Positions 8,183 through 14,979 of a stretch of DNA of 64,000 bases are shown piece by piece (within the stretch, counting starts at the first letter, position 1; every line of letters starts with the position of its first letter). The notes beneath the pieces were generated by a model, which saw only the letters and a program-made list of their open reading frames with translations, was not told where the DNA came from and did no database searches. The DNA is from Bacteroidales bacterium (lineage in GTDB: Bacteria; Bacteroidota; Bacteroidia; Bacteroidales; P3), in NCBI GenBank assembly GCA_017428115.1, contig JAFRRK010000052.1:884-64883 (forward strand), read 5' to 3'. Both the position numbers and the translations under genes were made by a program.

Positions 8183-8205
8183 ATTGTGCCACATCGTGAC
8201 ACTCC
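8183..8205 (-). promoter_or_regulatory. island operator copy 3 (different promoter context)
   Basis: Plus strand reads ATTGTGCCACATCGTGACACTCC. Here a T-run plus GCA lies upstream of the operator, and only a degenerate TAATATGT lies 7 nt downstream. Confidence 0.5.
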
Positions 8206-8232
8206 TGCAAAAAAAATATTGATTGTTTTCTA

Positions 8233-9453
8233 TTACACTAGGCGTTCTACAACTTTCTTGAATATTTCGGTAGTCTTAACATAGTCATATTGATTATCAA
8301 CATAATTTACATATACCCATCGTAGTTTTTCTGTGTGACTATAAAGAATGTCTTTTGTTTTTTGTGTTAGTAAATCTGTATCTAACAATTGGCCGTGATC
8401 TAAATATTCCACTTGACAATATAATGTTGAATAATGTGAACTATCCTTGTCAATACTTACTAACACTTCCTTTCCATCAAAAGGAACTATTATTCTAACG
8501 TTATTATCGGACTCTTTCTGGTCTTTACGTATAGATGGATACTTCTCAATAATATCCATCTCTGCTTTTCGGATTATACCAAATCCAATCTCATCAAACA
8601 TTGACTGAATCTCTTTTTGGAATTCGATAATATTTAATAAGTTTGCTTTAATCTTAGACAAACACTCGTTATCATTTTGGCAATCTTTAAGATTGAAGTA
8701 ATTTAAGAGATAATTTTTTAATTCCATATTCACTGTTTTTTGAATTGTTCGTAAATCAAATAATCCTTCCAAATAATCAACATATTGTTGGACGGCATTT
8801 ATCAAATATGTGTCTTTATACTTTATGTTAGGCAAAATATTATTTTTTAGCCATGGAAGAATGTTCTCTTTGAATGACAAATTGATGAATCTGTCCTCGA
8901 AAAGCTGTTGGTAATCTCCCCACGATTGAGAATTTGGTTCACTTCCTGTTTGAGAAAGATAGACAACAAAGATATCATTCTGATTAAAAAGACATTCTTT
9001 TGTCTTATCAATATATCTTGACAGCTGAGCCTCTTGATCCTGAGCATTGTATATTTTGTTTTCAATAATTATTGCATAATTGCCGACCTTATCCCTTACC
9101 CACAAATCAATACGAGCTTCTTCTTGTGTGATTTTTGGCTTTTTAATATTAATCCTATCAAATTGCCTCGATTTGCTCTTTGACTTTATATAGTCAACAA
9201 ATGATTGAAGAATCTCCCATTCTTCTCGTTCATTGACAAATTGAAGAAGTTTCAGAAGAATTCGACTATGTCCATTCTCATTAATATGGAGTTCGTCTAT
9301 CACATTGATGTGATACGGCAACTTCAGTTTCTCCTCCATATAACGTTTATGGAATTCTCTTGAGAAATTAAGAAGTTTTTTATATTCAATATCAACTGCA
9401 TGTATAATATTTTCATACAGTTTTAAGGCGGATTCTATTTCTTTTTCCGACAT
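8233..9453 (-). CDS. PD-(D/E)xK nuclease family protein
   Basis: RIDLWVRD ... YAIIIENKIYN supplies the D...(D/E)xK signature (D-x(n)-E-N-K). 406 aa and AT-rich. Confidence 0.7.
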   Translation of the reverse strand: MSEKEIESALKLYENIIHAVDIEYKKLLNFSREFHKRYMEEKLKLPYHINVIDELHINENGHSRILLKLLQFVNEREEWEILQSFVDYIKSKSKSRQFDRINIKKPKITQEEARIDLWVRDKVGNYAIIIENKIYNAQDQEAQLSRYIDKTKECLFNQNDIFVVYLSQTGSEPNSQSWGDYQQLFEDRFINLSFKENILPWLKNNILPNIKYKDTYLINAVQQYVDYLEGLFDLRTIQKTVNMELKNYLLNYFNLKDCQNDNECLSKIKANLLNIIEFQKEIQSMFDEIGFGIIRKAEMDIIEKYPSIRKDQKESDNNVRIIVPFDGKEVLVSIDKDSSHYSTLYCQVEYLDHGQLLDTDLLTQKTKDILYSHTEKLRWVYVNYVDNQYDYVKTTEIFKKVVERLV

Positions 9454-9476
9454 GATATAATATGCTTTTCGTGTTG

Positions 9477-9484
9477 CAAAGATA
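9477..9484 (-). promoter_or_regulatory. -7 box (TATCTTTG on the minus strand) upstream of the PD-(D/E)xK gene, without an operator
   Basis: Exact TAnnTTTG match about 25 nt upstream of ATG 9453. Confidence 0.4.
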
Positions 9485-9524
9485 CAAACATTTTTTATAT
9501 CTGCGCATTATATATCAAATAATT

Positions 9525-11207
9525 TCAAGATAAAAAACCTATTCGTCTGGTCTTGGCATTGTTAATCCGCTCGTTGTCACAATGGGGAGTAAGTAGGTCG
9601 ATTGTGGGAACATTGTTGCCATGCAGGATGGCATCAATGGCATAGTGGCGGGCGATATTCTCTATCTGGCCACCGCTAAAGTCGTACCGCTCGGCCAAAA
9701 GGGTGGCATCAGTGTCGCTTAGGTCGGGCAGCAGTTCATGCCAGATGGCGGTGCGGGCTTCCACTGTGGGTTTGTCGAAGCGTATCTTATAGAGGAAACG
9801 CCGCTCGAAAGCATTGTCCATATTCTGAGCCAGATTGGTGGTGGCAATCAGTATTCCGTCGAGGGTCTCCATCTCCTGTAAGATGATGTTCTGAAGCGAG
9901 TTCTCCATTTTGTCCACAGCACGTTCCGCACCCTCCTGTCGCTTGCCGATGATGGCATCTGCCTCGTTGAAGAGGAGGATGGGCACAAGGGTACTCTCTT
10001 TGACCCGCTGGCGGTAGGTATCGAAGAGAGCTTTCATGTTCTTCTCACTCTCACCGACCCACTTGCTCTTCATCTCGGAGATGTCCACCTGCATAATGTC
10101 GCGACCTGTGCGTCGAGCCAATTGCATCACCGTCTCGGTCTTACCCGTGCCAGGAGCCCCATAGAAGAGACAGGTGAGTCCACAACGGAAACCCTGCTCT
10201 TGCAGACGGGCATGAATGTCGCTGTAGTTCTTCTCCTCAAGCAGACGGGCAAGGTCGTCAATACGATGGGTGATGTCGTCGGAGTAGAACAAGGTACGGG
10301 GCTTGATGTCGGAAGCGATAATCATATTGCGCAGCGTCCTCTTCCCTTCGAGTGAGGGAAGTTGCAACTCGTCAAGCAAGTCTCGCTTCGCCTTCATTGT
10401 AAGCCTATAATGCTCCTTGTCCCCCATCCCATCGTTGTTGCTATATTCTATCAAACCCAATCGTTGAAGAAAGTTGACACCCTGCTCCAATTCCGTCCTT
10501 ATCATACGCATATCCTTCTTGCTATATATGCAATCAATATCATGAAAGCCAATACAATCATCGTTGTTGTTCACAAACAGATGACAGAACATGATAAGCA
10601 GAACAAATTCTTTGTCAAATTCTTTGTCACATATTTCGGGGATGAGGTTCTGCACCTTTTGTACGAACAACAGCTGCTGGTTATGGTGAAACAGCATCTT
10701 GAAACGTTCTACGGCAGCAGCAATATCCATCTCATCATCGTCCACCCTGTCAACAATGTCTGCAAACTCATTGAACAACTCATGGCAGGTAAGCCCGGAA
10801 CAATCCTTGGGCGTGTAGGGCTTATTCACTTTGAAAGCTTCCACCACATCAATAGGCACACGGTAGGAAACAGAACTCGACGAACGGCTACGAACAATCA
10901 AACCTCGGCGTACCAACTCGTCAATATCATTCATATAACGGATCATCCGCGTGGTACGGCAGCCCGTATATTTTGCAATGTCGCTTGCCTCGATTCTTGA
11001 GTCATCACTTTGGTCAAGAAACAACGCCATCATCACGCTCTGCTCTTTTGTGAGGCTGAGCTTGTCCGACAGATGCTTAATAAAACGCGCTGCCTTGCAA
11101 TAAAACTCTGGCGACAACTGCGATTCTTTTGCCAATTCCACGATGTTCTCGACTGCCGAAAGTAAGTCTAACTTTCTTTTCCCTTGTGTTTTACTTGCTG
11201 TTTCCAT
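9525..11207 (-). CDS. classical-clade AAA+ ATPase with an N-terminal region of about 340 aa carrying two wHTH-like modules
   Basis: Start trimmed to ATG 11207 (METASKTQGK...). Walker A is FYGAPGTGKTE. Walker B region is ILLFNEADAI (Asn where Asp is usual). The SRH/Arg-finger region is NLAQNMDNAFERRF. wHTH-like segments are IAKYTGCRTTRMIRYMNDIDELVRRGLIV and GVNFLQRLGLIEY. Confidence 0.85.
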   Translation of the reverse strand: METASKTQGKRKLDLLSAVENIVELAKESQLSPEFYCKAARFIKHLSDKLSLTKEQSVMMALFLDQSDDSRIEASDIAKYTGCRTTRMIRYMNDIDELVRRGLIVRSRSSSSVSYRVPIDVVEAFKVNKPYTPKDCSGLTCHELFNEFADIVDRVDDDEMDIAAAVERFKMLFHHNQQLLFVQKVQNLIPEICDKEFDKEFVLLIMFCHLFVNNNDDCIGFHDIDCIYSKKDMRMIRTELEQGVNFLQRLGLIEYSNNDGMGDKEHYRLTMKAKRDLLDELQLPSLEGKRTLRNMIIASDIKPRTLFYSDDITHRIDDLARLLEEKNYSDIHARLQEQGFRCGLTCLFYGAPGTGKTETVMQLARRTGRDIMQVDISEMKSKWVGESEKNMKALFDTYRQRVKESTLVPILLFNEADAIIGKRQEGAERAVDKMENSLQNIILQEMETLDGILIATTNLAQNMDNAFERRFLYKIRFDKPTVEARTAIWHELLPDLSDTDATLLAERYDFSGGQIENIARHYAIDAILHGNNVPTIDLLTPHCDNERINNAKTRRIGFLS

Positions 11208-11233
11208 ATCAATAATCTTTTTATATCCGACTG

Positions 11234-11241
11234 CAAAAATA
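11234..11241 (-). promoter_or_regulatory. -7 box (TATTTTTG on the minus strand) of the AAA+ gene
   Basis: TAnnTTTG match about 27 nt upstream of ATG 11207. Confidence 0.5.
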
Positions 11242-11248
11242 CGACAAT

Positions 11249-11271
11249 GGTATGCCATTTCGTGACACACC
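11249..11271 (-). promoter_or_regulatory. island operator copy 4
   Basis: Plus strand reads GGTATGCCATTTCGTGACACACC, located 7 nt upstream of the -7 box as in copies 1 and 2. Confidence 0.6.
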
Positions 11272-11363
11272 CAATAATTTATTTATTATTAAAAAAAAAG
11301 ATAACTTATATGCTTTGTCGGCAAAACGGCCAAGCATTCAGGGATTCTTATAGTTCTTAATTG

Positions 11364-12407
11364 TCAATCCTTGATGACAAACGCCTGTTGCTCGCCGTCG
11401 ATGTTGAATTGGAGGGTGGCACCGTCGGGGCGGACGTCGATAGTGACGGGTGCGCCCATCACCAAGGGGAGATTCACCTTGCCATGGCCTGCAGGGAGGC
11501 CACAGAGGAGGGGAATCTTGTATTTTTCAATATATTGATGCAGCATTGCCTCGACACTCTCGTAGGAAAACTCTCTCTCACAATCGGTAAAGTCACCCAA
11601 CACAATGCCCTTGCAGCGGTCTAACACCCCGTTCATGGCAAGGATGGTGAACTGGCGGTCGATATTGTGCATGCCCTCCTCTACCTCTTCGATAAAGAGG
11701 ATGAGGTCGTTTCCAATAGTGGCATCGGCCTGAGTGCCAAGGTTGGGCGCAAAGGTGCAGATGTTGCCACCTACCAGTATTCCACTGGCATGGCCCACGA
11801 TGTTTTGGGGATGCGGCGGCAACTCGTAGCGAGGCACCTGCCCCATTAGCAGGTCGCGCAACAGAGTGCTATTCAAATCGGTGCCGCCTTTGGCCAAGAA
11901 CATGCTCATCGTACCGTGGATGCTCATCACGCCCGCCCGAGCCAACAAGCCATGTAGTGTTGTGACGTCGCTGAACCCCACCAGCCACTTAGGGTGTGCC
12001 CTCCACTCGGCAAGAGGTATTTGGTCGATATAATGAATAGTGCCATACCCACCACGATTGCAAATAATTGCCTTGATGCTGGTATCGGCCAACGCCCAAC
12101 GGAGGTCGCTCACCCTTTCTTCCACAGTGCCGGCATATCTGCCCAAGTAGACCTTGCCGACATTGGGCCCTACCACGGGCACCAACCCCCATCCTCGCAG
12201 TACCTCGGCGGCTTTTTCCACCTCATCCATCGACTTAAAATATGAAGGTGACACAAGTGCCACCCTATCGCCCACCTTCAGATAGTCGGGCTGCATGCAA
12301 CGCAGTGCGACAGAACCCCTAATGGGCTTGCCCTGACCATCTGCACCGATTGGCGACAACGTGAATAGCAAGCCAACCATCAATAGAATAAAACCATTAT
12401 ATTTCAT
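11364..12407 (-). CDS. LD-carboxypeptidase (peptidase S66, LdcA-like), secreted
   Basis: Start trimmed to ATG 12407 (MKYNGFILLMVGLL..., signal peptide). S66-like segments are VALVSPS, GGYG, GFSDVTTLH and the C-terminal GHG. Confidence 0.8.
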   Translation of the reverse strand: MKYNGFILLMVGLLFTLSPIGADGQGKPIRGSVALRCMQPDYLKVGDRVALVSPSYFKSMDEVEKAAEVLRGWGLVPVVGPNVGKVYLGRYAGTVEERVSDLRWALADTSIKAIICNRGGYGTIHYIDQIPLAEWRAHPKWLVGFSDVTTLHGLLARAGVMSIHGTMSMFLAKGGTDLNSTLLRDLLMGQVPRYELPPHPQNIVGHASGILVGGNICTFAPNLGTQADATIGNDLILFIEEVEEGMHNIDRQFTILAMNGVLDRCKGIVLGDFTDCEREFSYESVEAMLHQYIEKYKIPLLCGLPAGHGKVNLPLVMGAPVTIDVRPDGATLQFNIDGEQQAFVIKD

Positions 12408-12539
12408 ATCTTTATGATTAAAAATAAGACCCTTACAACCATGCAAAGACAATTGCCCAAACATCCATCCTAGAGAAAGGGACAACACCAGCTAAAGCGA
12501 TGCAAAGATAGGCATTTTATTTCAATCCATAAAAAAAAC

Positions 12540-13046
12540 TAAAGTTTGACAAGCCATTTTACTTCAAAAAGTGACATGTTAGAAGCTGTTTCTTAGTAAT
12601 ATTTTCAATAAAAATCAGCGGGTTGCCAACATGCCTGTTATAACGTGACACCCCAAGGGGCGATACATGCATCCATCCCCATTGTCATTGTCATCGTCAT
12701 CATCGCACACTTTACTTCGTGGCATTGCTTTGGCTCGGCAAAAGAAAGCTCGGTTTCTTTGCTCTCGCCCTGTACAACGTTGTGCCACTTCTTTTTCTAA
12801 AAGTGGCACCCTAATTATTGCCCTTTTTCAGAATAATTATAACTAAAGGACTGCAGCACCCACCTCAACCACACACCATACCTTCGTCGTGCCTTCGCCG
12901 TGCCTTCGTTTCCGGAAGCGAAAACAGGGCGAAGGCAGGAACAAGTCAGCCAGTCTCCGTCACAAAACAACCCAACCGAAGACCGGAAAAAGGAAAACGT
13001 AGGGCTAAAAACAACTCGGAATGCAAGCCTGATTATACTTGTCAAC
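12540..13046 (+). repeat. intergenic repeat family, copy A (full length)
   Basis: Alignable by eye to the reverse complement of 30096-30775 and, over its 3' half, to 37385-37642. It contains the hairpin GTGCCACTT...AAGTGGCAC and tandem 11-mers CCTTCGTCGTG/CCTTCGCCGTG/CCTTCGTTTCC at 12881-12913, followed by a CGAAGGC complement. Confidence 0.75.
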
Positions 13047-13160
13047 AAAAATATAAGCTACATGAGAATACACTCACAGTCATGCCAATCATCACTTATA
13101 GCATTCGATTGCATTGAGATTGAGAAGAAGTTTTTTTTTTGGTATATTGCTTTTTTTTTG

Positions 13161-13168
13161 TATCTTTG
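13161..13168 (+). promoter_or_regulatory. -7 box (TATCTTTG) upstream of the M28 peptidase gene
   Basis: TAnnTTTG match preceded by a T-run, downstream of repeat copy A. Confidence 0.4.
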
Positions 13169-13243
13169 CTTGATTGTATCGTGTGTAAGCTGCACACCAA
13201 TTAATTTATTGTCAGAAAAATATAAAAAATATATAATAACAAA

Positions 13244-14926
13244 TTGTTAATGAAAATGAAGAAATTCATTGCCCTATTTGCCATTTTGGCGATGCTGTCG
13301 CCTTTTGGAGCCTGCCCACAGGCTAATGCCCAAAGCAAGAAAAAAGACAAGACCGAGAAGAAAGCCAAGGGAGACAAGAAAGGCAAAGCCAAAACAAAGA
13401 AAGAGGCCGCAGCAGAGGCTGAAGCGGCAAAAGCAGAAGCCATAGCGGCAGCAAAGGCTGCTGCCGAGGCACGCGAATTGGAGCTGGCATCGATGGACAC
13501 ACTGTTGAGAGCCAACACCGACACGCTGATGAAACATATACGCACACTTTCGTCGTCGCAGTACGAGGGGCGTATGGCCGGCTCGAAGGCCTATTTGGAG
13601 GCCGCCGAGTATTGCGCCGATGTGCTGGCATCGTATGGAGTAAAACCTTTCGACGGAGAATGGGGGCAATATTTTCAGGTAGAATACAACGAGATAGAGA
13701 ATTGTAATTTTGACACATACGTAAATGACAACGACACACGCACGCGATATGTGCTGGGACGCGACTATGTGTGCTCGAGTATGACGGGCCGCGGCTATAC
13801 CAATGCTCCGGTAGTGTTTTGTGGATGGGGTATAGACAACCTTGCCTTCGACGAATATGCCAAAGTGGATGTGCAAGGCAAGATAGTGCTCTGCCTATCG
13901 GGGGTTCCGGAGTTTCTGCCTGGAAATGTGGCAGGTCGCTACACCACCCTGCGCCAAAAGGCCGAAGTGGCGATGAAACACGGTGCCGTAGGACTAGTGT
14001 GTATCAACATGTCGGAAAGCTGCCGTCCTTATGAGGTGCAGCATCATGCTTATTGTGGCGAGGGTGCCCACCAGGCAACATTCCCCGTGGTGCAGCCCAC
14101 CCGCGACATGGGGGAAGCACTGTTGAATAATGAGCAGATGACGCTAGATTCGGTATACGAGGCTTTGCAGAACGACATGACGCCACAATCGTTCCACCTA
14201 CGCAAGAAATTTGAGATAAACATCAACGCCAAGTATCACCCCAAGGCCACGACAGCCAATGTGGTGGGAGTGCTGCCCGGCGTGGACGACAAGATGAAAC
14301 ACGAATATATCGTTGTGGGAGCACATCTAGACCATGTGGGTATACAGGGGAGCACATGCCTGTTTCCTGGTGCTGACGACAATGCGAGCGGCGTGGCAGC
14401 AGTGCTTGAATGCGCCCGATTGCTGACGAGTTATGCGCCTGCCGAGATTGAGTATAACAAACGCTCAATAGTGTTTGTGCTCTTCTCTGGCGGCGAGCTG
14501 GAGCAGTTGGGGTCGAGCATATTTGTGTCGAACTTCCCCAAACTGAGAAATGTAGAATGCTTTATCAATGCAGAGTGCATCGGCTCGGGCGATAGCATTA
14601 ACGTGCTTGGCAACAAACGCTTTCCCCAGCTATGGAATATAGCATCGCATAACGACTCAATCTCCACCAAGTCGCTGCTAAGAGGCTACAGAACAATGCC
14701 TCGAGGCGATGCAGCGCCATTTGCACAGATAGGCATTCCCTCAATAGTGTTTACCAACCACATGGGTGGTACTTACGACCACGTGCCCAGCGATATTTCG
14801 GAGAATATCAACCGCGACGTGCTCACCAAACGTGCCAGCCTGATGGCCGAGGTGGTATACGAACTGTCATTGGGCGACTACCAAGGACGGTCGTTCCGCT
14901 CGAAACGGTTCAAGTTTGAAGAATAG
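13244..14926 (+). CDS. M28 family metallopeptidase with PA domain and a Lys/Ala/Glu-rich N-terminal linker
   Basis: Signal peptide. M28 zinc-ligand contexts are VGAHLDHVG and GADDNASG. The true start may be 2-4 codons downstream (MKMKKF). Confidence 0.8.
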   Translation: MLMKMKKFIALFAILAMLSPFGACPQANAQSKKKDKTEKKAKGDKKGKAKTKKEAAAEAEAAKAEAIAAAKAAAEARELELASMDTLLRANTDTLMKHIRTLSSSQYEGRMAGSKAYLEAAEYCADVLASYGVKPFDGEWGQYFQVEYNEIENCNFDTYVNDNDTRTRYVLGRDYVCSSMTGRGYTNAPVVFCGWGIDNLAFDEYAKVDVQGKIVLCLSGVPEFLPGNVAGRYTTLRQKAEVAMKHGAVGLVCINMSESCRPYEVQHHAYCGEGAHQATFPVVQPTRDMGEALLNNEQMTLDSVYEALQNDMTPQSFHLRKKFEININAKYHPKATTANVVGVLPGVDDKMKHEYIVVGAHLDHVGIQGSTCLFPGADDNASGVAAVLECARLLTSYAPAEIEYNKRSIVFVLFSGGELEQLGSSIFVSNFPKLRNVECFINAECIGSGDSINVLGNKRFPQLWNIASHNDSISTKSLLRGYRTMPRGDAAPFAQIGIPSIVFTNHMGGTYDHVPSDISENINRDVLTKRASLMAEVVYELSLGDYQGRSFRSKRFKFEE

Positions 14927-14979
14927 TAGAGGCATGCCTTATTTCTTGTATATAGCTTTCTAGTTTATCGTTTAAGCAG

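Noticed and set aside
2278-11363. The island as a prophage, ICE or transposon
   Set aside because: No integrase, transposase, relaxase, capsid or tail gene is present. I found no flanking direct repeats, and no tRNA lies at either edge. The only mobile-element trace is a RhuM stub.
12690-12720. The GTCATTGTCATCGTCATCATC tract and other short tandem motifs, considered as a possible CRISPR array
   Set aside because: The units are 3-11 nt, contiguous and spacer-less. There are no 25-40-nt direct repeats with unique spacers anywhere in the window, and no cas genes.
12615-13250. Several 60-116-aa ORFs inside repeat copy A (and the equivalents in copies B and C)
   Set aside because: When copies A and B are aligned, the reading frames are not preserved. 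For example, DDDDDNDNGDG in copy A corresponds to MMTMTMTIG in copy B. The repeat family is therefore non-coding.
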